DNA of 38,395 nt from a virus (IMGVR_UViG_3300030095_001230:1-38395), one strand, 5' to 3'; numbered from the stretch's first letter, positions 8,230 through 15,849 are shown. Numbers and translations are program-made. The notes: a model not told the origin generated them from the sequence alone.

Positions 8230-8304
8230 TCCTTGGTAGCACAATGGTAGTGCGTCTGACTGTTAATCAGAAGGTTACTGGTTCGAGTCCAGTCCAAGGA
8301 GCCA
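8230..8304 (+). tRNA. trnN: tRNA-Asn (GTT), complete with encoded CCA
   Basis: Cloverleaf: TCCTTGG/CCAAGGA acceptor, GCAC/GTGC D stem, TCTGA-CTGTTAA-TCAGA anticodon arm, ACTGG-TTCGAGT-CCAGT T arm, discriminator G, then CCA. Confidence 0.98.
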
Positions 8305-8306
8305 AT

Positions 8307-8516
8307 TTATTTTTTAGCTTTTAAATATGCTAAACCACAATCACTACAAAAACCAAAACGATCTATAATGGCAGTAACTTCTTTTTTACATCCCTCGGAT
8401 CTGCACTTTAATGGTTGATTATTTAATGTACCAAGAGCTTTTATAATATTTGGGTGATCTTCTTTTCGCATATCACTTTGTTTGTTACTAGGTAGCCATT
8501 TACCTTTTAATTTCAT
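8307..8516 (-). CDS. Small zinc-finger protein
   Basis: CRSEGC...FCSDC; last gene of the coupled leftward operon. Confidence 0.65.
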   Translation of the reverse strand: MKLKGKWLPSNKQSDMRKEDHPNIIKALGTLNNQPLKCRSEGCKKEVTAIIDRFGFCSDCGLAYLKAKK

Positions 8517-8935
8517 ATTGTACCTCCATACGATTCATTTTCATCGTGCATTTCTTCACATTCTTTTAAATGATTATCTTGTAACTCTTTTAAATATTTA
8601 AACCATTTTTCAGGACTAACATTTTCATGCAGCATACCAACTGTCCTGGCTATTCTCTTAACTCTAAATCTAATTATCTCATCACTTTCATCAACTTTAT
8701 AAAAAACAACAAATCCAGGTACATCAAATTTTAATGCTAATTTTTTTGTTAATGTATATGCCTTAAATGTTTGACCAGTATCTTTTGCTAATTCTATAAA
8801 TGCCAGGGGTTTATAACAATGCTTGCACACTTCAACACTATCAACATCTATCATGGCAATTCCCTCAAACTTACGATGCCATTTACTGTAAGCTTCTTGT
8901 TTTAAATTAGAATACCACTCTCTAGCCATCAACAA
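8513..8935 (-). CDS. Hypothetical protein, probable restriction-endonuclease-like fold
   Basis: MIDVDSVEV-CxxC-PLAFIELAK resembles a PD-(D/E)XK-type core. Confidence 0.6.
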   Translation of the reverse strand: MLMAREWYSNLKQEAYSKWHRKFEGIAMIDVDSVEVCKHCYKPLAFIELAKDTGQTFKAYTLTKKLALKFDVPGFVVFYKVDESDEIIRFRVKRIARTVGMLHENVSPEKWFKYLKELQDNHLKECEEMHDENESYGGTI

Positions 8936-9128
8936 CCTCTACTGATCTTGCATTGTAAGGATGATGTTTAAGTTTATTTCTTTTAATAAGTGCGTGAACT
9001 AAACGATGTATTCCTGATTTAGATTTAAGGCGTAACCCCTTCATCATATCTTCATACGATGGAGAATAACCATGCCATCTAATATAACTTTTTATGTATT
9101 CAAGAAGTTCAGCTTGTCTTTTTGTCAT
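8922..9128 (-). CDS. LexA DNA-binding-domain-only protein
   Basis: MTKRQAELLEYI....HGYSPSYEDM..GL.LKSKSGIHRLV.AL; no S24 peptidase domain. Confidence 0.9.
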   Translation of the reverse strand: MTKRQAELLEYIKSYIRWHGYSPSYEDMMKGLRLKSKSGIHRLVHALIKRNKLKHHPYNARSVEVVDG

Positions 9129-9270
9129 GCAACATATTTGGGTTCAGCTTGATAAGTTCTTGTCGTAACTTAAAATTATCATCTGTTTTTTTTTCTAGTT
9201 GTTGCAGCATAAAATCATTTTGTATTTTTAATTCTTTATTTTCTTTTTCTAATTCGTCTTTACTTGCCAT
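9109..9270 (-). CDS. 53-aa coiled-coil protein (not in ORF track)
   Basis: MASKDELEKENKELKIQNDFMLQQLEKKTDDNFKLRQELIKLNPNMLHDKKTS; fills the operon gap and overlaps both neighbours. Confidence 0.6.
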   Translation of the reverse strand: MASKDELEKENKELKIQNDFMLQQLEKKTDDNFKLRQELIKLNPNMLHDKKTS

Positions 9271-9511
9271 CTTTTTCGCCTTCTAACAAAGTAACGGCTT
9301 TCTCAATATAAACAGCAGCATCTAATAATTCCTCAACAGTATTCTTTAAGGCAGCTGTTAATCCCATTTTAGTTTGATCCATTGTATCGCCATACTTCTT
9401 AATGCCTACATTGGATCTATTAATCATTCGTTCAGCAATTTTTCTGACTAATGGATCAGGAGCAATCTTCTCAGGAATAGATATTAAATTTTTTGCAGAT
9501 AGATCTGTCAT
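9260..9511 (-). CDS. All-alpha NTP pyrophosphohydrolase-like (MazG-fold) small protein
   Basis: RSNVGIKKYG...EELLDAAVYIEK motif. Confidence 0.7.
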   Translation of the reverse strand: MTDLSAKNLISIPEKIAPDPLVRKIAERMINRSNVGIKKYGDTMDQTKMGLTAALKNTVEELLDAAVYIEKAVTLLEGEKDGK

Positions 9512-9723
9512 AATCCTTTTTCCTCAATCCATTTTTCTAATGATCTTAACGAAATAACAAATTTACCTGATATTAATTTCATCGGTAAATCTTCACGATC
9601 TTTCAGGTGCAATACTCTTTTCTGTAATGATACATTGTTTAATTCAGGTTGAGATTTAAATAGTATTTTCCCAACCTGAATAGCACCTAAGAGTTGTAGA
9701 TTATTATTAATCCCAGTTGACAT
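9508..9723 (-). CDS. Excisionase/RDF-like winged-helix protein
   Basis: 71 aa, basic; LPMKLISGKFVISLRSLEKWIEE resembles the Xis/HTH_17 wing motif. Confidence 0.6.
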   Translation of the reverse strand: MSTGINNNLQLLGAIQVGKILFKSQPELNNVSLQKRVLHLKDREDLPMKLISGKFVISLRSLEKWIEEKGL

Positions 9724-10069
9724 CGTTTATGTTATTATCCTTGCTTTCTTTTGCTGCTTCTCTTGCAACTTTATCTTCCCAAGCTTTCCTGAACGGCATA
9801 ATCTTTAAAGACAGTATTGGTGTACCTTTTTCCTTTGTAGCACCACTCCACGCTTGAATATGGACTTTTGTACCAGCTTTAATATTAATATCTTCAGTAA
9901 CTTCCCAGCCACCACTTGATTTATCATCAGGCGAGGAGGGGTTTCCTTCTCTATCTTTTGTAAATAAAAGACTTTCTGCTATAGGAAATTTCTTCCCAGC
10001 AGCATTAAATTTTTCTATAAATTCTTTTAAGTCATTTCCAGGAAATGCTATAAAACTTAAATCAGGCAT
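9707..10069 (-). CDS. Putative single-stranded DNA-binding protein
   Basis: Follows the annealing protein; G.KV.IQAW.....G...LSLKI beta motif; acidic-aromatic tail (NDVNWD). Confidence 0.55.
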   Translation of the reverse strand: MPDLSFIAFPGNDLKEFIEKFNAAGKKFPIAESLLFTKDREGNPSSPDDKSSGGWEVTEDINIKAGTKVHIQAWSGATKEKGTPILSLKIMPFRKAWEDKVAREAAKESKDNNINDVNWD

Positions 10070-10766
10070 TTGGCGTTAGCTCCTTTATCTTATCGTCATA
10101 TATTTTTTTAACTTCTTTCTTATTGTTAGAAGCTAATGTTGTTATCCAGCTTTTATAACGAGTTGTAATTTTATCTACTTCTCCAGGAGAGAATGCTTCA
10201 TTTATATTGGAGGAAAAATGATGAACTTTTTCTGCTATACCTAAATCATCCCATCCTGGAGGTAGTGCCTGATCAAGCTGCGAGCCGTTACTACCCTTAT
10301 TGGTCTTAATGGCATGATCAGACTTTCCTGACTGTGAATAAACATTGTTGCTGTCAGGAAGCTCTTTTGTTTGCTGTTTAATAGCTATTAGTAATTCATC
10401 GCCTGATGGATATTCCCCACCTTGCAGACCTAAATTAGCTAATGCACGACCTATGGATGATGTTTCAGCATTCTCAGCTGCTGATGTTTTATTAACCATC
10501 CCAAATCGCCTATCTTCTTCAGCAATACCATTAGCAACTCTATTATCGCCAATGGAAATAGTTGTTTCAGAACGCACATAATGTTGATCTATTACTTGTG
10601 TCGTATCTATTTGTGCATTCACTCCAAAATGTTTTCTAAAAATACGCACACGATCTTTTACCATCGTATATTTTTGCTTACCTTTAGTTGGAGATTTTAG
10701 TTTTTCATCAATAGCAGCTAGTTCTTTAATAGCAGCTGCCAAGCATTTATTATAATCTACCACCAT
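10062..10766 (-). CDS. Single-strand annealing recombinase (Rad52/Sak-like)
   Basis: Y..VKDRV..FR...ANGIAEE....ENAETSSIGRALANLG motif; located next to the exonuclease. Confidence 0.75.
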   Translation of the reverse strand: MVVDYNKCLAAAIKELAAIDEKLKSPTKGKQKYTMVKDRVRIFRKHFGVNAQIDTTQVIDQHYVRSETTISIGDNRVANGIAEEDRRFGMVNKTSAAENAETSSIGRALANLGLQGGEYPSGDELLIAIKQQTKELPDSNNVYSQSGKSDHAIKTNKGSNGSQLDQALPPGWDDLGIAEKVHHFSSNINEAFSPGEVDKITTRYKSWITTLASNNKKEVKKIYDDKIKELTPNA

Positions 10767-10942
10767 GTTACATCTTCCAATGTTACTTGATTAATTAATT
10801 TAGTTTGTAGTGGTGTCATTTTAGGAGGATTTACTTTTCTCTCCTGACATTCTTTTTTTATTTTTTCTTCACGATCCATGTTTAACCAATCAAGTTTCGT
10901 GCAGATAATATTATCTTTAGCTATAAAATTTATTTTATCCAT
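10757..10942 (-). CDS. Hypothetical protein
   Basis: 61 aa; overlaps both neighbours in the operon. Confidence 0.55.
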   Translation of the reverse strand: MDKINFIAKDNIICTKLDWLNMDREEKIKKECQERKVNPPKMTPLQTKLINQVTLEDVTWW

Positions 10943-11814
10943 AAGCTCCTTGCTTCTTCCATTTCTTCATCCGACAAATCATTCCAATAAAAACTAGAAA
11001 AATCTGGCTGTATGTATTTTGCCAATTCTCTTGGAGAGGAAGATATTTCCAAAAGATTTTGGCGTACAGTCTGAACCATCTGAAAATGCTCCAAACAATA
11101 TTTTAAAAACTCAGGTCGCATCTTTTCACAGTTATCTTTGTGAAATATTTTGTAGCTGCCTTTTTCAAATCCAGTATGATAAATTAAGTAAATTGGTTTT
11201 TTTGTTGCAAAATGATAAAAAGCACATTGACACAAATAATTCCAATCAGGTTCTTTTGGTAATGTAACTTTATTCCAGCTGCGTGTACCATCCTTCTTTA
11301 CTGCTCCACGCCTTTTCCATTTTGTTTTTAATTCAATGGCATAATTTTTTGTTAATAAATCTGTTTTACCTTCTGTCTTAACTTCTATTCCTGGTATTTG
11401 AAATTGACAGTATTCTTCTGTGGTACTGCTTTGTGTAAAAAATTCTATTTCTGTTAATGCATCTATTCCATTCTCTACACACATTGGCAAAAGCTCATGA
11501 CAAACTTCCCATTGTTCTAACTGATCTCCATGAAAATATATTTTTGATTTTTTAAATAATGTTTTAGCGTGCAACTTTGCAGCAGCTAGTGGATTATCAT
11601 CTTCTTGTGAATTATAAATATAATAATTGACTCCCTCTTGTGCTGCATTACCAGCGTGGACATTTGGGTTCATTGTTCTTTGTGAACGCCAATCCTTATC
11701 TCTAAAAATATAATTGTGCAGCCAAACATCATTTGGCAAGTTGCATTGACTAGGGGAGAAATGACTAAGTTTTACTTTAGAATAATAATCAGGGATAAAA
11801 TTAAAGTCTGTCAT
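10930..11814 (-). CDS. PD-(D/E)XK exonuclease (RecB/lambda-Exo-like)
   Basis: SHFSPSQ, GNAA, EEY, GKTDL...IELKTK and QCAFY motifs. Confidence 0.85.
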   Translation of the reverse strand: MTDFNFIPDYYSKVKLSHFSPSQCNLPNDVWLHNYIFRDKDWRSQRTMNPNVHAGNAAQEGVNYYIYNSQEDDNPLAAAKLHAKTLFKKSKIYFHGDQLEQWEVCHELLPMCVENGIDALTEIEFFTQSSTTEEYCQFQIPGIEVKTEGKTDLLTKNYAIELKTKWKRRGAVKKDGTRSWNKVTLPKEPDWNYLCQCAFYHFATKKPIYLIYHTGFEKGSYKIFHKDNCEKMRPEFLKYCLEHFQMVQTVRQNLLEISSSPRELAKYIQPDFSSFYWNDLSDEEMEEARSLWIK

Positions 11815-11820
11815 GAACCA

Positions 11821-11884
11821 TTCCTAAACATATTAGGAACGCTTCTATTATAATATCGTAGAATTTGTCAAGGATAATAGAATT
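11821..11884 (-). promoter_or_regulatory. Leftward early promoter/operator region
   Basis: TTGACA on the minus strand at 11866-71; two AATTCTA half-sites; ATCGTAGAATT shared with the Cro promoter; TTCCTAA/TTAGGAA inverted repeat (11821-39) over the RBS. Confidence 0.6.
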
Positions 11885-11885
11885 A

Positions 11886-12737
11886 TTAAAGTAAATCCAT
11901 TATAACATCGTCTTTTCGGAGTGATATATCCCACACTTCTACTGGGTACATTTCATAAAATAAACAATCTTTAAGTTCATAATGTTCAACCCACATACCA
12001 GATTTATCTCTTTTCATACCCTTAAACCATTGCCATTTAACTTTAAATTCTGTTTTTTTTGGATCTTTATAATCTGTATCTGTCCATTCTATAGGTTTAC
12101 CAAGATAATATTTATCATCTGTTGCACATTTTATTAATGTATATTTACAAATTAACCAATCACGACCATGTTGTTTTTTATAAATTTTATTTTTTTGATC
12201 ATTAAATAAACAAACATTTGTATCGTTGCGTGGTTGATCTTCTGTTCTAAACACAACAGCTTTCATACCTGGATCTGGTTTTTTCATATTAGAAAAATAA
12301 ATTGCTTGTTTTGGTTTGTTAAATGGAATTGGATCGCAAAAACCTTTTTCAAAATTAAAACTAAATACTATTTCTGTTTTAACATTAGTGTTTGGTTCTT
12401 CTAAAATATCCATCGCAGATATTCTTATTATTCTGCTAAATTCTTGAAGCTGCATCGCATTAAAATGTATCTTGCCATTCATTATATTATAGATTGTAGC
12501 ATGACTCATTTTTGTCCAACCAATAGGCATATCTCTTGTCAGAGCAGCAAACTCTTTTGGTGTTTTTCCAAAAGAATTAAAAGCTGAAATTAATCTACCT
12601 AATTGTTCTGAATATTTTTCTTCGGTACTAATAGAATTATCAATATCTATTAAATGTTTTGTATCATCGTCTTTATTCACAAAGTATGAGTTCTCCTTGT
12701 TAAAGTTTTTGTCTAGTAAATGTTTTTGTGTAATCAT
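11886..12737 (-). CDS. CI-like repressor (XRE HTH + divergent C-terminal beta domain)
   Basis: TPKEFAALT...MSHATIYNIMNGK...QLQEFSRII HTH; divergent from the Cro-like gene. Confidence 0.75.
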   Translation of the reverse strand: MITQKHLLDKNFNKENSYFVNKDDDTKHLIDIDNSISTEEKYSEQLGRLISAFNSFGKTPKEFAALTRDMPIGWTKMSHATIYNIMNGKIHFNAMQLQEFSRIIRISAMDILEEPNTNVKTEIVFSFNFEKGFCDPIPFNKPKQAIYFSNMKKPDPGMKAVVFRTEDQPRNDTNVCLFNDQKNKIYKKQHGRDWLICKYTLIKCATDDKYYLGKPIEWTDTDYKDPKKTEFKVKWQWFKGMKRDKSGMWVEHYELKDCLFYEMYPVEVWDISLRKDDVIMDLL

Positions 12738-12892
12738 CTATGCGACACTTTCGGTGGTGCTGTTTGTTGGTCTGTATAAAAACCATTTTGTGAACCCAAA
12801 CCAAGACTTGTTCTTCGTGAAGTTGCAGAATTATAATAAAAAAATCTTTTTGTTATTAAATCAGTAAAAGATTTCCAAACTAAATTAAGCAT
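12734..12892 (-). CDS. Putative 52-aa leader ORF coupled to the repressor (not in ORF track)
   Basis: MLNLVWKSFTDLITKRFFYYNS...PPKVSHR; its TGA overlaps the repressor ATG (ATGA); promoter TTGATT-17-TAATAG ends 6 nt before its ATG. Confidence 0.5.
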   Translation of the reverse strand: MLNLVWKSFTDLITKRFFYYNSATSRRTSLGLGSQNGFYTDQQTAPPKVSHR

Positions 12893-12947
12893 ATTATTCT
12901 ATTAATAGCATTTAATTCTATAATCAAATAAAAAATAAATTATTTTG

Positions 12948-12976
12948 TTGAAATTCTAGGATCGTAGAATTATAAG
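12948..12976 (+). promoter_or_regulatory. Rightward early promoter with palindromic operator
   Basis: TTGAAA-17-TATAAG; AATTCTA-GGATCG-TAGAATT palindrome (12952-71) fills the spacer; ATG follows 5 nt after the -10. Confidence 0.75.
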
Positions 12977-12981
12977 CTATT

Positions 12982-13188
12982 ATGACTTTAAAAGAGTGGC
13001 AAATCCTAGAGAATATAAAAACTCTATCAGAATTGGCTAAAAGACTCAAAGTTGCTGAGTCCTCTAACCCAGCGAGGTTAGTACAAAGATGGTTAAATGG
13101 CGAGTCTATGCCAAGAAATCATCATTTATCTTTAATATTTAAGGCAACTAATGGCAAAGTTACAGCAAACGACTTCCTTACCTACTAA
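12982..13188 (+). CDS. Cro-like HTH regulator
   Basis: MTLKEW...SELAKRL...VQRWLNGESMPR...TNGKVTANDF motif. Confidence 0.85.
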   Translation: MTLKEWQILENIKTLSELAKRLKVAESSNPARLVQRWLNGESMPRNHHLSLIFKATNGKVTANDFLTY

Positions 13189-13492
13189 TATTAGAGTTGG
13201 AAGTTTTGATATAAAAATTAAATTACAGCATAACCTGACAAATATGTCAGGCGATGAAGGTAGTTATATTGAGTCTGAACAGACTATTTTACTTGATAAA
13301 TCCTTAATAGAACTAAAAAATAGCTATAGCCTTGCTTTAATTTGGCATGAAATTTGCCACGCCATCTTTTCTCAATATTCCTTATCAGGTCAAGTTGAAG
13401 AAATTACTGTTAATAGTTTTAGTCAGGGAATTGTCCAAGTGCTGCGTGATAATCCTATATTTGAAAAGTGGGGTAAAGAATGCATTACTTAA
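13151..13492 (+). CDS. HExxH zinc metallopeptidase-like protein
   Basis: IWHEICHAI plus a downstream EE; ImmA/IrrE-like size and motif. Confidence 0.75.
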   Translation: MAKLQQTTSLPTNIRVGSFDIKIKLQHNLTNMSGDEGSYIESEQTILLDKSLIELKNSYSLALIWHEICHAIFSQYSLSGQVEEITVNSFSQGIVQVLRDNPIFEKWGKECIT

Positions 13493-13830
13493 CGCAAGAA
13501 GAAATTGTTGGAGTAAAAAAACTCCTAAAAGTAACAAACACACCATATATTGTTAAAAACTTATCCGTACATAATTCATTGGCTGTTATTGCCATTAAGG
13601 TCTGTTTGGTTCATGGCATTACTTTGGCTGAATTAAAATCTGAGAAAAGAAACAGACATTTATTATTAGCTAGAATAGATTTTTATTATATTGCAAGCAA
13701 TTACACCAAGAAAAAAGATGCAGATATTGCTCGTTATTTAAACAGACATCATACAGTTATTATTCATTATGCGAAAAAACATAAGCCAAGTGCTGATTAT
13801 AAAACTATCTATGGACTCCTTGATCAATAA
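13480..13830 (+). CDS. DnaA C-terminal (domain IV) HTH protein
   Basis: ITLAELKSEKRNRHLLLAR...IARYLNRHHTVIIH matches Bac_DnaA_C. Confidence 0.85.
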   Translation: MHYLTQEEIVGVKKLLKVTNTPYIVKNLSVHNSLAVIAIKVCLVHGITLAELKSEKRNRHLLLARIDFYYIASNYTKKKDADIARYLNRHHTVIIHYAKKHKPSADYKTIYGLLDQ

Positions 13831-14420
13831 TGCTGCTCGAAAAATGGCATTTAGTTAAACGAGTTAATGCTGATATTCATGTCAACAGCTCGGCTAGACG
13901 ATTAATAGTATTTTTATTAGATCGTGAAAATTCAAAAACTAAAGCATTGTTCCCCAGCCAAGAACGACTCTCCGAAGATACAAATCTGTCGGTACGTCAG
14001 GTCATACGAGGACTTAAAAGTTTAATTGATAATGGATATTTGCAAATTATTAAACGAGGTTGTCCAGGTCGAGCTACCCAATACAGAATTATACACATGA
14101 CAAAAAAGGTAAAGACACATGACAAAAAGGGTAAAAATATCCTGTCAGAAATGACACACCAATCCTCTTATAAATCCACTTATATTAATCCAGTAAAAAA
14201 TCTTATCAACAAGGTGGTAAAGAATACTAATGCGAATTATGTAGCAGCCAAGCAAGGTCTAAAGCAGCCATATAATTCTAATGACATGATAGCTCAACGA
14301 TTGCTGCAAAAAACGAATAATCCCATCTTGGTCGAACAATGGCTTAAATTAAAAACTGGCACTTGGGATGAACAAGAAAAAGCAGAAGAATTAGCGAGGT
14401 ACTATCAATGCCTGAAATAA
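13830..14420 (+). CDS. Replication initiator with N-terminal winged HTH (HTH_36/lambda O-like)
   Basis: FPSQERLSEDTNLSVRQVIRGLKSLIDNGYL motif; internal iterons. Confidence 0.8.
   Translation: MLLEKWHLVKRVNADIHVNSSARRLIVFLLDRENSKTKALFPSQERLSEDTNLSVRQVIRGLKSLIDNGYLQIIKRGCPGRATQYRIIHMTKKVKTHDKKGKNILSEMTHQSSYKSTYINPVKNLINKVVKNTNANYVAAKQGLKQPYNSNDMIAQRLLQKTNNPILVEQWLKLKTGTWDEQEKAEELARYYQCLK
14093..14156. repeat. Iteron-like repeats / probable replication origin
   Basis: ACACATGACAAAAARGGTAAA twice at a 22-bp period (14093-113, 14115-135) plus TGTCA-GAAA-TGACA (14143-56), followed by AT-rich DNA. Confidence 0.7.
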
Positions 14421-14848
14421 CACAAAAAGATATTATAGATTTATTTGAAGAAGCAGCTCTAACAGATAGACGGCTTCCGTCTGCTTGGTCTAAGCAACGA
14501 GTTACGGCTTGGTTAGATTACAGACAAGAAAAAATGTATATGCATTCTTACGAAAAAGCTAATTTTAGAATAGTACCTAGTGCAAGAGATATTGAACGAT
14601 GGCAAATAGCAACAGAAATATTAAAAGAGGTTGTTGAATCTATTGAGAATAAAAAGATAATATGGAGTCGAGCAAAGAAAATTCCTTTTACCCAGCTTGG
14701 TCGTATGTTTGGTATGAGTCGAAGAAAAATTAAAGAAGTATGGTTTGAAGAAATAATTTATATTCGTCTATGGTTGCAGCTTCATCAAAAAAATAAAAAA
14801 ATTATGTACATCATTGACAAAATAGTACATAAAAAAACATATAATTAG
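14408..14848 (+). CDS. DUF6362-like late-gene regulator (C-terminal HTH)
   Basis: FEEAALTDRRLP N-terminus; IIWSRAKKIPFTQLGRMFGMSRR HTH; Q-like position. Confidence 0.7.
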   Translation: MPEITQKDIIDLFEEAALTDRRLPSAWSKQRVTAWLDYRQEKMYMHSYEKANFRIVPSARDIERWQIATEILKEVVESIENKKIIWSRAKKIPFTQLGRMFGMSRRKIKEVWFEEIIYIRLWLQLHQKNKKIMYIIDKIVHKKTYN

Positions 14849-14864
14849 ATAAAGTATCTAAATA

Positions 14865-14896
14865 AGAAAAAGCCACTCGTTGAAGTGGCTCTTTTT
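14865..14896. terminator. Bidirectional intrinsic terminator
   Basis: AAAA-AGCCACT-cgttga-AGTGGCT-CTTTTT between convergent genes. Confidence 0.85.
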
Positions 14897-14924
14897 ATTT
14901 AAAGCTCTAGCTTTGCTTGGTCTA

Positions 14925-15077
14925 TTATTTTGCTTTGTTTACAAATTCTAATAGTTTTTCAAGCTTTGGCTGCAAGTCGTTTTCATAGTCTGGATCATCT
15001 GCAAGTAATTTTGAAACTTCAACAACTGTTTTCACAGCTACTGCTTTATCAAATAGTTTAATTTGTCTTTGGTTCAT
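14925..15077 (-). CDS. 50-aa hypothetical protein (not in ORF track)
   Basis: MNQRQIKLFDKAVAVK...LLEFVNKAK; RBS AGGAG; ATGA overlap with the upstream HTH gene. Confidence 0.65.
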   Translation of the reverse strand: MNQRQIKLFDKAVAVKTVVEVSKLLADDPDYENDLQPKLEKLLEFVNKAK

Positions 15078-15262
15078 TGTTTAGACTCCTTGTAATATTT
15101 TAACATTTGCTGCACCCATCTTGGAATTGGTTTAGCACCTGATAGCCAAGTTGAGACAATCACTCGATCAGATTGTGTAACTTGATCAAAGCATATACGA
15201 GATAAATCAGCTTGACTAATATCAAGCTGACTCATTAATTTTTTTAATTGGTTAGGTTTCAT
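15074..15262 (-). CDS. XRE-family HTH protein (start revised to MKPNQ)
   Basis: LKKLMSQLDISQADLSR...VSTWLSGAKPIP; TAATG coupling to the upstream gene. Confidence 0.75.
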   Translation of the reverse strand: MKPNQLKKLMSQLDISQADLSRICFDQVTQSDRVIVSTWLSGAKPIPRWVQQMLKYYKESKQ

Positions 15263-15849
15263 TAGTGTCCAAAGTGTGAATTTGTTTGATATAGTGGCTG
15301 TCCATCCCATAAGGAAGCACTAGCGAAACTATATACACTAACTGAATTATATAAACTATTAACAACTTTTATCATTGGTTCTGCACCTTCTTTGATTGAA
15401 CCAGCTGACACCTTGTCTTGACCATATTCACTGTCAATTTGATTAAAAGCGTTATTAAGTCTGATGATCTTAACTTTGTTTTTACCGATTTTTTCTAATA
15501 CTCTGTAAAAATCAATGTTAGTTTGATCATAACCCCAAGAACAATATAAAACATCATCAACATTTAATTTATGAGGTTTAAATCGTTCTTTTCGTTGAGC
15601 TTTAACACTCGCCTGTCTTTCAAGGCGATTGGCAATAGTTTCTTTAACTTTTAAAAATAATCTTTCAGTATTATTAAATTTATAATACCAAGTATGATTA
15701 AATGATTTTTTAGTGAAGCACATAGCTTCTGTTTGATCTGCATTTACATAAAATAACAGATCAACTTCATCACTTGCAAGATTTGAAATATCTAAAAGAC
15801 TATAATCTTTTGGAATATATCTTTTTGCAGCTATTAGTTGTTCATTCAT
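15262..15849 (-). CDS. Phage hypothetical protein with SWGYDQTN motif (start revised to MNEQ)
   Basis: DVLYCSWGYDQTNIDFYRV motif; RBS AAAGGA before the ATG at 15849. Confidence 0.75.
   Translation of the reverse strand: MNEQLIAAKRYIPKDYSLLDISNLASDEVDLLFYVNADQTEAMCFTKKSFNHTWYYKFNNTERLFLKVKETIANRLERQASVKAQRKERFKPHKLNVDDVLYCSWGYDQTNIDFYRVLEKIGKNKVKIIRLNNAFNQIDSEYGQDKVSAGSIKEGAEPMIKVVNSLYNSVSVYSFASASLWDGQPLYQTNSHFGH

Noticed and set aside
8230-8304. tRNA as a prophage boundary (attL/attR) with host DNA
   Set aside because: Phage genes lie on both sides, no duplicated tRNA 3' end is seen, and arm sites flank 8065-71 rather than the tRNA.
10930-11814. Exonuclease as Cas4
   Set aside because: No clear four-Cys Fe-S arrangement or CRISPR context; the exo-SSAP-SSB neighbourhood indicates recombination.
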